The position numbers and the translations under genes are program-made. Of a DNA stretch of 32,000 bases, positions 1-9,325 are shown piece after piece; position 1 is the first letter of the stretch; each line of letters starts with the position of its first letter. The notes beneath the pieces are model-generated. The model ran no database searches. It saw nothing but the letters and a program-made list of their open reading frames with translations, and was not told where the DNA came from. This stretch comes from Bacteroidota bacterium (GTDB lineage Bacteria; Bacteroidota; Bacteroidia; Chitinophagales; Chitinophagaceae): NCBI GenBank assembly GCA_040388475.1, contig JAZKBT010000006.1:314262-346261 (forward strand), written 5' to 3'.

Positions 1-152
1 CGCTTCTGACCAAAGAAGATTTCGTGCAAAAGCAAATCGTGGCAAAGTGGCATTAAAAGCGCTGATCAAAAATACGCAGGTCGATTCCTATTCCCTGCAG
101 ACGCCCTTTCACGCCTTTTAAGTTGCGATAGTCAGTGGGTAAATCATATTAA

Positions 153-190
153 GAAAATACGGTATGGTACATCCTATGCCGTATTTTTGT
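153..190 (+). terminator. Possible intrinsic terminator for a gene ending upstream (an open frame stops at 119-121)
   Basis: aaaatacggtatgg (153-166) can pair with ccatgccgtatttt-type arm (173-186). That gives about 14 bp including two G-U pairs, a 6-nt loop, and a T-rich run through 190. The stem is GC-poor and the next ATG lies only 5 nt downstream, so the call is tentative. Confidence 0.35.
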
Positions 191-194
191 TTCT

Positions 195-1844
195 ATGACT
201 GCTTACCATAACATTCCCAATTATAAATTGAAGGAAGACAAACCGGTAATAGAAAAGTATTCCCGCCGGATGCTTGCTACCATTCTTTCCTATTTCAGCC
301 ATACTGATTATGATGAGGTCTACAGCAAGAACCACATCAACTACTTGGACAAATATTTCAAGAAAAAAAACGTAATCAGCATACTGGTGGAGTATCCTTA
401 CATAGATAAGGATTACCTAGAAGACTATTCTGCCTATTACGCACGCAGCTATTCAGATTATAAGAAAAGAACGATCCGGCTGCATTTTTTCCGCAAGGGC
501 GTAACCATGAACGTGATCAATAACCACCTGAACCGTAAGCAGACAAATCATGACAGGTTACAGAAAGCCTATGTGGGTTATATGGTGGTCAGGCCTATTC
601 CGAAAACAATGATTGGCAAAACGGTTATAGAGACCTACCCTGACAAAAAAGAAGAAGGGCGGATCTACCCAGTCAAAAGAAAATACCATACGCATCTTTT
701 TGGTATCGAACTGCAGGTAGACACCATTGGCTACCAGGAACAGGATAACGCGGTGGCCGCCTGTGCAACCAGCGCACTCTGGTCTATTTTCCAGTCAACC
801 GCCTTTTTGTTCCAGCATAAGATCCCCTCGCCCGCAGAGATTACCCGCATGGCAACGGAACATTCCACCGTGCCTGCACGGTCCTTCCCTTCCAAGGGTC
901 TAACCATCGAGCAGATCGCCGGGTGTGTAAAACAACTACAGCTGGAAACACAGTACCACGATGCATACACTTATAATATCCTCAAGGGGTATATCAAAGC
1001 GTACTTAAATGCCCAGATCCCTGTGTTCCTCGGGGTCAGCCTTTTTGACAATATCAAAAAGGAATTCTTGGGCGAACATGCATTGGCCGTGAACGGGTTC
1101 AGCGGAACACTTGTCAAAAGCACCAATTACTTCGGCCAGGGATGCAGCGACCAGCGGCTCTACCTTCGCTCATCAAGGATCAATAAAATTTTCGTACATG
1201 ATGACCAAGTAGGTCCTTTCGCCAGAATGGAATTCGATGACCCGTTCAACAAGTTGGTATGCCTGAAAGGTAATGAGGGTACCGCATATTACTCATCGTT
1301 GTCTACAGACTGGAATCAGGTGGAGCAAAAACCTACCAGTGTAAGAGCAGTTCCCAATACCGTATTGATTACTCTTTATCATAAAATTAGGATCCCTTTT
1401 GATGAGGTACTGGAAATCGTTGCTGCAATAAATGAATATCTGAATGATTTTTCCCCGGTTGACCCACTGATCGATGAATGGGACATTCTCCTGGATAGGA
1501 ATAGTGAATACAAGAAAAAACTGCTCGGACAGGACCCGGGACATCCCTCCCTCAGCGGTGATTACGCTACTTCTATATTAACCAAATCACTTCCCCGCTT
1601 TTTCTGGCGCGCACTGGCCTACAAAGACGATATTCCATTGTTTGAGATTATCTTCGATGCCACCGATATCTCCGAAGGAAAACTTTTCCTGGATCTTGTG
1701 TGTTACGATTTTGAGTATTGCGATTTCTTCTACCGCTTCATGAAAAACAGGACCCGTTACTCAGTTATTGAAAACAGGCAAGCAAGACATTCAATAGGAC
1801 TAATGATGAATATCCTGAAGAAAATGTTTGGTTCTAGTAGATAA
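195..1844 (+). CDS. Hypothetical protein with a papain-fold (C39-like) cysteine peptidase-like domain
   Basis: 549-aa ORF. It has Q-x6-C in QDNAVAACATSALW (Cys codon 762-764), then GEHALAVNGF (His codon 1077-1079), then IFVHDDQVGPF. This is the Cys/His/Asp order of clan CA C39-like peptidases. The N-terminal ~180 aa is unassigned, and I see no signal peptide. Confidence 0.45.
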   Translation: MTAYHNIPNYKLKEDKPVIEKYSRRMLATILSYFSHTDYDEVYSKNHINYLDKYFKKKNVISILVEYPYIDKDYLEDYSAYYARSYSDYKKRTIRLHFFRKGVTMNVINNHLNRKQTNHDRLQKAYVGYMVVRPIPKTMIGKTVIETYPDKKEEGRIYPVKRKYHTHLFGIELQVDTIGYQEQDNAVAACATSALWSIFQSTAFLFQHKIPSPAEITRMATEHSTVPARSFPSKGLTIEQIAGCVKQLQLETQYHDAYTYNILKGYIKAYLNAQIPVFLGVSLFDNIKKEFLGEHALAVNGFSGTLVKSTNYFGQGCSDQRLYLRSSRINKIFVHDDQVGPFARMEFDDPFNKLVCLKGNEGTAYYSSLSTDWNQVEQKPTSVRAVPNTVLITLYHKIRIPFDEVLEIVAAINEYLNDFSPVDPLIDEWDILLDRNSEYKKKLLGQDPGHPSLSGDYATSILTKSLPRFFWRALAYKDDIPLFEIIFDATDISEGKLFLDLVCYDFEYCDFFYRFMKNRTRYSVIENRQARHSIGLMMNILKKMFGSSR

Positions 1845-2050
1845 ATTTCTTAGAAGGTTATCTATAATCCCATGCTTACCCCATTCCGAGTTTACCAAAC
1901 AGGATATGGCTACGGCTTCATATGCCAGTCCTTTACTGCTTGTCAAAAATTCAGCAGGTAATCAAGAGTCCACTTTTTATTTGCTTTTATCATAAATTTT
2001 CCTAACCTTAGCTATTCCCCCCTCATTTTAGCTAATACCAAAACTATCCA

Positions 2051-2734
2051 ATGGAATTTTATCTCCATGATGGCCAGGAACAGCATGGTCCATTCTCAGT
2101 TGATGAGCTGCGTAAACGTCCCGCGTTTAAACCTGATACCTTAATTTGGTATGAAGGGATTCCCGAATGGAAACCTGCCAGAAGTATCGAAGAATTAAAA
2201 GGTTTTTTCAAGACACCGCCTCCACTACCGATAAAGGCCAATCATAAATCCGAACCACCAAAAGCTAGTTCTTCTGAATTGCTCGGTACTGTAGCAGGAC
2301 GTACAGTGGCGAAGACATCTTCATATTTCAAGCCGTTATTAACCGCAATAATAGTTGTTGTATTAGTAGCTACAGCATATGGGCTTTATAATAAGTATCA
2401 AACCAATCAGGCAACAGAAGACAGACGAGTTCATATCAGAGACAATATTCGTTCTTACGTTACAATTGGCAACAGTGAATATAAAATACTTGGTCTTGGC
2501 GGTATTAATGGCTTATCCATCGAAGTAGCTAATAATACAGAATATCTCTTGGACAACGTGAGAGTTCAAATCCGATATATCAAGTCTAATGGGGAAACGT
2601 GGAAGGAGGAAGTGCTGGATTTTGCGCTTGTTCCACCCAACCGAAAGATGACTTTACGTGCGCCAGATAGCGACCGAGGAACTAGTATCGATTATAAAAT
2701 TGTATCGATCAAGTCATCAGCACTTGGATTGTAA
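2051..2734 (+). CDS. GYF_2 (DUF4339) domain membrane protein
   Basis: N-terminus FYLHDGQEQHGPFSVDELRKRPAFKPDTLIWYEGIPEWKPARSIEEL fits the GYF_2 pattern (GP...W..g...W.pa). It is followed by a Pro-rich linker, one hydrophobic helix (LLTAIIVVVLVATAYGLY) and a beta-rich C-terminal region. Confidence 0.6.
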   Translation: MEFYLHDGQEQHGPFSVDELRKRPAFKPDTLIWYEGIPEWKPARSIEELKGFFKTPPPLPIKANHKSEPPKASSSELLGTVAGRTVAKTSSYFKPLLTAIIVVVLVATAYGLYNKYQTNQATEDRRVHIRDNIRSYVTIGNSEYKILGLGGINGLSIEVANNTEYLLDNVRVQIRYIKSNGETWKEEVLDFALVPPNRKMTLRAPDSDRGTSIDYKIVSIKSSALGL

Positions 2735-2798
2735 ATAAAGAGGGTTTTACAAATATTCTCTTCAATCTTTAGAGGCAACACATACGATAAATGATCAC

Positions 2799-3668
2799 AT
2801 GAATGTCAACGAAACGAATGAAGTAGACCCTTTAGGAAAAAACGAGCGTATCCGCTCCAATTTCGTACGAGAATTAGTACACCGCTGTAATGAACCAGTT
2901 CTAAAACCCGCAGTGTACTTACTGACACCGCCACCAAAACGCATTGTGCAGTTCTGGGATGATCTTGACCGGTTGCCCCAAGATGTTAAGGAGTGCATGG
3001 CATCGTGGAAGAAACTTGAAGGATCCGGATTCGAACTTCAGATTTTTGACGAGAACTCAACGCGGGAATTTATACGAGTTCATTTGGGTTCACGATATGA
3101 GAAGGCTTTTGACAAGTGCTATCACCCTTCAATGAAGTCAGACTATTTCCGTTACAGCTATATTTATGTAAAGGGTGGCTTTTATATTGATGCTGACGAC
3201 GTTTATCATGGCAAGACAATAGATCACCTCTTCATTGATGGAAGGTTAAAACTTCAACCGTTCTGTTACGACATTGCAACGGCCCAAATGGTCCCACCTC
3301 CAGTTTTTGTCAATTCGGGGGCAGACAACAATAGCTGGATTTTCTACTTCAATACCACCCCAATGATCGCAGGTCCCAATCATCCTATAATAGAACGTGC
3401 ATTGCTAAACGCGACGGCAGCCCTTGAACAAGAATCAAACGGCGAGTTACCTGAAGTCCAGGCAACCACGGGCCCGGGTAATCTAACCAGATCGATATTT
3501 GAGGTGATGACCGAGGGAAGTTGCCAAGAGGAAGCGCTGCTAGTTTTGCACGATTGGGAGAAGACTTCTACCAGTGAATGGCCACTTAGTTACCGGAACG
3601 ATAAGAGAAACTGGAGACTATCAAATCAGCAAACCTATCAGGCGTCAAGGAGGGCGGAGGAACAATGA
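2799..3668 (+). CDS. Glycosyltransferase with DXD motif (Gly_transf_sug / OCH1-like family)
   Basis: IVQFWDD...LPQDVKECMASWKKL...GFELQIFDE...MKSDYFRYSYIYVKGGFYIDADDV matches the sugar-binding DXD glycosyltransferase pattern. The stop codon overlaps the next ATG (ATGA at 3665-3668). Confidence 0.7.
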   Translation: MNVNETNEVDPLGKNERIRSNFVRELVHRCNEPVLKPAVYLLTPPPKRIVQFWDDLDRLPQDVKECMASWKKLEGSGFELQIFDENSTREFIRVHLGSRYEKAFDKCYHPSMKSDYFRYSYIYVKGGFYIDADDVYHGKTIDHLFIDGRLKLQPFCYDIATAQMVPPPVFVNSGADNNSWIFYFNTTPMIAGPNHPIIERALLNATAALEQESNGELPEVQATTGPGNLTRSIFEVMTEGSCQEEALLVLHDWEKTSTSEWPLSYRNDKRNWRLSNQQTYQASRRAEEQ

Positions 3669-5905
3669 ACTTAATGCGCCCCTCTATAGCAGTTGTCGGT
3701 TATGCTTTCCGATTCTGGTTGAATCTTCGCCGGCTCCTGCCCAAGCGAAAGTGTAAAGTTTTCGCTGTCCGAGGTACGGGAACAGCCTCTTCAATTGGCA
3801 TGATCTATGTCATCAACCTCGATCGTGAACAGGGTCGTTGGTCCAAGATGGAGCAAGAGCTTAAGCGCATTTTGGATTCATCGGGAGCTGAAATTCTGAG
3901 GCTCACTGAGCGCCATGTCGCGGTCGATGCCAATAAATTCTCACAGGAGCCGGACAAGGACGCCGAAATTGATCCGTTTTATACGCTTGGAGATCAGCTT
4001 TTTGTAGAACCTCAACCGTTAGTTCTCCCTACGTCTCTCGAGTTAAATGCCCCAATTCAAATGAGCCGCGCGGAAATTGCAGTCGCACGGTCGCACATCA
4101 ATGTTTGGAAGAAAGTTGCCGCGGGTAATTATGATTACGTACTTATCCTTGAAGACGATACATGGTTTCATTCAAGGTTTGCCAAATATCTGGATCAGGC
4201 GTGGACCGAAATTGTGGCCGAGAATGATGTGAGAGGCAAATTCGACGTTCTTTATGTGTCGTATCTTGAAGTGAAACACGGAGCCCCAAAAAGCTTTCTT
4301 TCAAGTAATGTATTCCAGCCAACGCGCGGACTCTGGCATCTGTCGGGATATGTTCTCTCGCGTGAAGGTGCAGAGAAGCTCCTTCACCTGCTTCCTTGCC
4401 GCGGCCCCATTGACCTCTGGATAAATCACCATTTTAAAGGATTGGATGTACGTGCAACTAAAAGATCTCTTATTAATCAACGACGCGACTTTCGATCTAC
4501 CAACTCATATTCGATACTTCCTGCGCTCACTAAAATCGGCGCAATCAATAGTGAAGGGGCATCCTTATTCAATTACCGCCCAACTGAGCATCCTGTGTTT
4601 GCTTTTGGTCCAGAAGGTTCTGGCCACTCATCGCTTGCTATGGCCTTGTCCATGCTAGGATACAGATGTTGCAGTGATTTTAATAATTTACCGACTCCCG
4701 AGATGGAGCGACTTCTTGAAGGAAAAGAAGATCGTGTTTTTAACGCATATGTAAACATTGGATCTTTGAACGCAAAGGTTAATGAACTTCGAAGTTGCTA
4801 TCCAAACGCAAAATTTATAATTACAGCAGACAATGATATTACAGCAGATTACACTTTTCCTGGTCTTACGGAGGACATTAAAGGTGCCGACATCGCTGTG
4901 CTTCACTTGGGTGAATTAAATAAATGGCAAGTTGTTTGCAAACACCTCAGATGTGCTCCACCTACATGCTCTTTTCCGGTGCTGAAGGATCTCGGTCAAA
5001 GACCAATTCTTGACGAAATCATCGAAGCGAACCAGGTTCTAAAACGGAAAATACCCAGACATGATAATTCACCATGGCTAGCTGAACCCCGGAGTTGGTG
5101 GAAAGGTATTAACGTTGTTCCAGAAAAAGATAGGCAGGAAGAAAATGGAACCTTGGTTAAGATCACCGATTGTTTGGAAAATCTTGACACGCGACGCTGG
5201 CTTCTAAGGAGCGATACTTTCACAGACAATTTAGCATTGTTTCGACCTTCAAACGTAGAATTCCGTTCAGGGATCGGGGCAGTATTTTCAATTAAAAAAG
5301 AGTCACTTGGTGTTCGCGATTATTCCGCTGCATCGTTATGCAGTCTTGATCAATATTTGTTCGGAAAATTCGAAGTTACCATACAAGCGTCTAATGTGCC
5401 AGGTGTAGTTACCGGCATATTCCTACACCGTAATTCACCACGACAGGAAATAGATATCGAGATTGCAGGTAACCGGCCAGATCGCCTTTTAGTGAATGTT
5501 TTCTATAACCCAGGTGATGAAGGAGCAAATTTTGACTATGGCTATAGAGGTGCACCAACCTATATTGAACTTGGGTTCGATGCATCAAAAGCATGCCATC
5601 GTTTTGCTATAGAATGGAGCCCATGCGAGATCCGCTGGTTAGTTGACGATAAGCTGGTCCATAGGCGTGCAATCTGGGATCCGACACTAATCCCGAATCT
5701 TCCAATGACGTTCCATGTCAACAGCTGGCTAACTCGTTCTACCCAACTTGCCGGGCGAATAAATAACGGACGTCTTCCTGCAACTACAATAGTACGCGGG
5801 ATCGCTCTGGAGGCAAATTCCATTATTATCTGTTCCAGACCTAGTGATCAACAGCAATCACAAAACAGGTTGAGAAGTTTTAATTCAAGCCAGCTAGCAC
5901 AATGA
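3665..5905 (+). CDS. Three-domain fusion: GT25 glycosyltransferase + Sulfotransfer_4-like P-loop domain + GH16/ConA-like glycoside hydrolase domain
   Basis: GT25 region: IYVINLDREQGRWSKMEQEL, RAEIAVARSHINVWKKV, VLILEDDTWF. Middle region: FAFGPEGSGHSSLAMALSMLGYRC ... NAYVNIGSLNAKVNELRSCYPNAKFIIT, which resembles the Sulfotransfer_4 family. C-terminal region: FGKFEVTIQA...GIFLHRNSPRQEIDIEIAG (EIDIE at nt 5447-5461) ... FAIEWSPCEIRWLVDDKLV, the GH16 catalytic motif. The true start may be a later Met (MIYVINLD). Confidence 0.7.
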   Translation: MNLMRPSIAVVGYAFRFWLNLRRLLPKRKCKVFAVRGTGTASSIGMIYVINLDREQGRWSKMEQELKRILDSSGAEILRLTERHVAVDANKFSQEPDKDAEIDPFYTLGDQLFVEPQPLVLPTSLELNAPIQMSRAEIAVARSHINVWKKVAAGNYDYVLILEDDTWFHSRFAKYLDQAWTEIVAENDVRGKFDVLYVSYLEVKHGAPKSFLSSNVFQPTRGLWHLSGYVLSREGAEKLLHLLPCRGPIDLWINHHFKGLDVRATKRSLINQRRDFRSTNSYSILPALTKIGAINSEGASLFNYRPTEHPVFAFGPEGSGHSSLAMALSMLGYRCCSDFNNLPTPEMERLLEGKEDRVFNAYVNIGSLNAKVNELRSCYPNAKFIITADNDITADYTFPGLTEDIKGADIAVLHLGELNKWQVVCKHLRCAPPTCSFPVLKDLGQRPILDEIIEANQVLKRKIPRHDNSPWLAEPRSWWKGINVVPEKDRQEENGTLVKITDCLENLDTRRWLLRSDTFTDNLALFRPSNVEFRSGIGAVFSIKKESLGVRDYSAASLCSLDQYLFGKFEVTIQASNVPGVVTGIFLHRNSPRQEIDIEIAGNRPDRLLVNVFYNPGDEGANFDYGYRGAPTYIELGFDASKACHRFAIEWSPCEIRWLVDDKLVHRRAIWDPTLIPNLPMTFHVNSWLTRSTQLAGRINNGRLPATTIVRGIALEANSIIICSRPSDQQQSQNRLRSFNSSQLAQ

Positions 5906-7521
5906 AAATACTATCATTCAATCCGGGCCATGACGGCGCATTCGCTTATCTTGAAGATGGCAATTTAATTACCTCCATTGAGGCCGAGAAACACTCTCGT
6001 TATCGCCATTCACCACTGTCAATTCCAGATGTGTTCAGCGTTCTCGGCGAACTCAAAGAAGTTCCTGACGTGCTTTGCAGAGGTGGGTGGTGGCCTGCCG
6101 ATACACATCTGTCTGAACAGAGCTTTCATGCCAGATATCATGGCGTCAGCAACAGTGACATGATTGTTGGCCAACAACGCCTTTTGGGGAAGACGGTTAA
6201 ATACTTCTCATCTTCCCATGAACGTTCCCATCTTCTCTGTGCCTTTGGGATGTCTAATCTGCCCAAGGGTACCCCGTGCTATGCACTGCTTTGGGAAGGA
6301 GTAATTGGATCATTTTACAAAATCGATACTGCGTTGAACGTGATTAAGCTCGCCGATGTCATGCCTGAACCCGGACATCGTTATGCTCTGCTCTACGGTC
6401 TGGCAGATCCAACCTTTGATAAAAGCGGCGCCGAATTCTCTAGATTTTCTGATGCAGGAAAACTTATGGCTTTGGCTTCATTTTCGAAGAGAAGGAAGCC
6501 GTCGGATGACGAGGAGAAAATAATCGCATTTCTAATGCAGGATTGCTTGCACTTAAAGCCGAACGAATGTGAAACCCTAAGCCATTACCGACACTTCAAC
6601 GTGGGGCTTGATGATCAGGAGTTCCGCAACTTTGCAGGTATCGTCAGCGATAAAATATTCGATCGTTTTTATGAATATGCTAAGTCAAATATGAAAGAGG
6701 GCTTGCCGTTGCTGATTTCTGGGGGGTGCGGACTAAATTGTGATTGGAACACCAAGTGGAGAGAGACCAATTTATTTTCAGAGGTTTTTGTGCCACCTGT
6801 CGCAAACGATTCAGGATCGGCAATCGGCACAGCGATCGATGCCCAATTCCATTTTACAGGGAACCCTAAGATAGATTGGAATGTCTACTCTGGTCTTGAA
6901 TTTATTGCTACTGATTCATTCGAATCATCATTATATGATAAGTATGAAACGAACTACACAATGATTGCCGACATGTTGGCAAACAATCTAATCATCGGCT
7001 GGGTAAACGGAAAATACGAAATTGGACCACGTGCTTTGGGAAATCGTTCGATTCTTGCTTCACCATTCGAGGAAAAAACGAGGGTGCGATTGAATGAGAT
7101 CAAACAGCGCGAACAGTATCGTCCGATTGCGCCTGTGTGTCTGGAAGAAGATGCTGAAAGATGGTTTGGCTGCAACCACCCGAGCCCATATATGCTATAC
7201 ACGCAACTCGTTTCTACGGATGCGCTAGCTGCGGTGACGCATGTCAACCGGACGGCGCGCATTCAAACGGTGTCCTCTGCGACCAACAGCCATTTGTATG
7301 AATTGCTTGTTGCGTTCAAAGCACGTACCGGTTACGGCGTCTTGTGTAATACTTCTCTAAATTTTAAAGGAAAGGGATTCATAAACAGCATAGCCGATCT
7401 ATCGGCTTATACAATAGAACATAATTTGGATGGCTTTGTGATTGAAGGACGCAGCTATATGTTGAAATCATCGAAAAATTATCAAGCCTACTTGAATATG
7501 ACTAATTATGTGGCCAGCTAG
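5902..7521 (+). CDS. Carbamoyltransferase (NodU/CmcH family)
   Basis: MKILSFNPGHDGAFAYLEDGNLITSIEAEKHSR, GGCGLNCDWN and GPRALGNRSILASP are hallmark carbamoyltransferase N- and C-domain motifs. The ATG overlaps the upstream stop (5902-5905). Confidence 0.8.
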   Translation: MKILSFNPGHDGAFAYLEDGNLITSIEAEKHSRYRHSPLSIPDVFSVLGELKEVPDVLCRGGWWPADTHLSEQSFHARYHGVSNSDMIVGQQRLLGKTVKYFSSSHERSHLLCAFGMSNLPKGTPCYALLWEGVIGSFYKIDTALNVIKLADVMPEPGHRYALLYGLADPTFDKSGAEFSRFSDAGKLMALASFSKRRKPSDDEEKIIAFLMQDCLHLKPNECETLSHYRHFNVGLDDQEFRNFAGIVSDKIFDRFYEYAKSNMKEGLPLLISGGCGLNCDWNTKWRETNLFSEVFVPPVANDSGSAIGTAIDAQFHFTGNPKIDWNVYSGLEFIATDSFESSLYDKYETNYTMIADMLANNLIIGWVNGKYEIGPRALGNRSILASPFEEKTRVRLNEIKQREQYRPIAPVCLEEDAERWFGCNHPSPYMLYTQLVSTDALAAVTHVNRTARIQTVSSATNSHLYELLVAFKARTGYGVLCNTSLNFKGKGFINSIADLSAYTIEHNLDGFVIEGRSYMLKSSKNYQAYLNMTNYVAS

Positions 7522-7657
7522 AGTTAAGGTAACAAGTTGAAGTCCGACAATGGTTTCCAAAGAATTCAAGCTTTTTGATAGATAAAAAACAAGATGCTTT
7601 ACAATATTCCTGTTTATAGACCCCCCTTTATGCCTAATAAAACAAAAATGTTCGAAC

Positions 7658-9310
7658 ATGAAAATTTCCCGTATTAAAATTATGAACTTCAGATCTATTC
7701 ATGATACTGAATTCAATACTAGTGACTTTAACATCTTTGTTGGCCAGAATAACTGTGGGAAGACCAACTTTTTTGAGGCAATGGAGTTTTTCTTCAATGG
7801 ACTTAAAAAAGGTACAGCAATTGAGGAACTAAAATTTAGAAGAGAACCAGGAAATGAAATTCTTGTTGAGATAGAGTTCTCTGGAGCGATAGCAGGAGCA
7901 GCGAGTATGCAGAATGTAGCAAATCGTACAAAGATCCAAAACATTCTGCAAGAACATGATACAGTTGTTTTACAAAGAACGAGTCAGGTAATTAATAAAC
8001 GCAAAGTGTTCGTTAATGGCGGCGAAGTAGCGCCTGGTGTTGGTTTTGATGCTGCTCTCAATGACTTCCTGCCGAAATTTGAATATATCAGTACCAAGCA
8101 ATATTACGATTCGGTTGCAAAGTATACCAAAACTACACCGATCGGGATTATGTTATCGGGCGTGCTGACTACAATTCTTCAAAACAATGCGCAGTACCAG
8201 GATTTCCAAGATAAGTTCCGAGAACTTTTTGAAGATGAAGATTCAGAAATCAGGGAAGAGTTTGAGGCAATAGGTACAAAAGTTAAAGTATACCTGGAAA
8301 AACAGTTCCCGGATACGACTAAGGTTAAGTTCGAAGTGACTGCCCCTGCATTTGACGACCTACTCAAAAATTTTGAGACCTCAATAGATGATGGGGTTGA
8401 GACATCAGCGGAAGAGAAAGGTGACGGTATGCAACGAGCGCTTATGCTGGCGATCATTCAGGCTTATGCCGATTTTAGAAAAGCTAATGATGATTTGGGA
8501 AAATCTTTTTTATTTTTTATTGATGAGGCAGAGTTGCATCTGCACCCAACAGCACAGCGCAATCTTAAAAATGTACTGCACGCGCTATCGCAGGATACTG
8601 ACCAGGTATTTATTAATACTCATTCATCTGTATTTGTTGCGGACAATTATGACAGTCAATCTATTTTCCGGGTTGAAAAACAAAACGGTGAAACTGAAAT
8701 TGTGCTGACCGGGGATTTGGAGAAGCCCTATATCGTTTTTGAATTGTTAGGTGGAAGTCCCAGCGATCTGCTATTGCCAAGAAATTTTTTGATCGTTGAA
8801 GGGCAGTCGGAATTTGAATTATTGACAAGAGTTATAAAGCGGTTCTATCATGAGCGCAAAGTGATCCAGATACTCAAAGCAAATGGTGATATTGACCAAG
8901 TGGAACGGACGATCAACGCTGTGGAAAAATTATTTATGCCATTGAGTACTAGTATTTACGGTACACGGACTGTAATACTTCTTGATCAACCCAGCCAACA
9001 AACTCAAGGAGGGGTACAACAGTTCCGTGACAATAACCCCCATCTTGCTGCCAATTCACAATTGCATATTCTACCGGCAAGAGACATTGAGCAATATTAC
9101 CCGGACCAAGTTTGCCAGATATATGGCAACTGGCGGAAGACCCAGGAGGAACTTGATGCCGTAAACGGGCAAGGCGCTAAGATTGTTACCGGAAGAAAAA
9201 AGAAGCAGTTGGCAAAACATGTCGGTAATACTATCACACAGGCACAATTTGAAGAAGATCTACAGATCTGCTTTGAAGCTCTTGGTAGGTGTTGGGAGCT
9301 TGCATATTAA
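7658..9310 (+). CDS. OLD-family ATP-dependent nuclease (ABC-type ATPase + Toprim-like C-terminal domain)
   Basis: ATPase motifs: Walker A VGQNNCGKT, signature-like EEKGDGMQRAL, Walker B/D-loop FLFFIDEAELHLHP, H-loop INTHSSVF. C-terminal motifs: FLIVEGQSEFELL (Toprim Glu) and LPARDIEQYYP (IEnY-like motif of OLD/DUF4435 Toprim proteins). Confidence 0.7.
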   Translation: MKISRIKIMNFRSIHDTEFNTSDFNIFVGQNNCGKTNFFEAMEFFFNGLKKGTAIEELKFRREPGNEILVEIEFSGAIAGAASMQNVANRTKIQNILQEHDTVVLQRTSQVINKRKVFVNGGEVAPGVGFDAALNDFLPKFEYISTKQYYDSVAKYTKTTPIGIMLSGVLTTILQNNAQYQDFQDKFRELFEDEDSEIREEFEAIGTKVKVYLEKQFPDTTKVKFEVTAPAFDDLLKNFETSIDDGVETSAEEKGDGMQRALMLAIIQAYADFRKANDDLGKSFLFFIDEAELHLHPTAQRNLKNVLHALSQDTDQVFINTHSSVFVADNYDSQSIFRVEKQNGETEIVLTGDLEKPYIVFELLGGSPSDLLLPRNFLIVEGQSEFELLTRVIKRFYHERKVIQILKANGDIDQVERTINAVEKLFMPLSTSIYGTRTVILLDQPSQQTQGGVQQFRDNNPHLAANSQLHILPARDIEQYYPDQVCQIYGNWRKTQEELDAVNGQGAKIVTGRKKKQLAKHVGNTITQAQFEEDLQICFEALGRCWELAY

Positions 9311-9325
9311 AAACAGTCTGAGAAT

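Noticed and set aside
2799-7521. Treating the glycosyltransferase/carbamoyltransferase operon as part of the defence island (for example DNA or nucleotide glycosylation)
   Set aside because: Nothing in the sequences points to nucleic-acid substrates. The domains are standard carbohydrate-active families, and the operon is separated from the OLD gene by a 136-bp gap. Adjacency alone is insufficient.
7658-9310. Calling the OLD-family gene Gabija GajA, PARIS AriA or Septu PtuA
   Set aside because: No UvrD-like helicase, DUF4435 protein or HNH protein is adjacent. The Toprim-like region is fused in the same polypeptide, and the partner is a different protein. The generic OLD-family call is kept.
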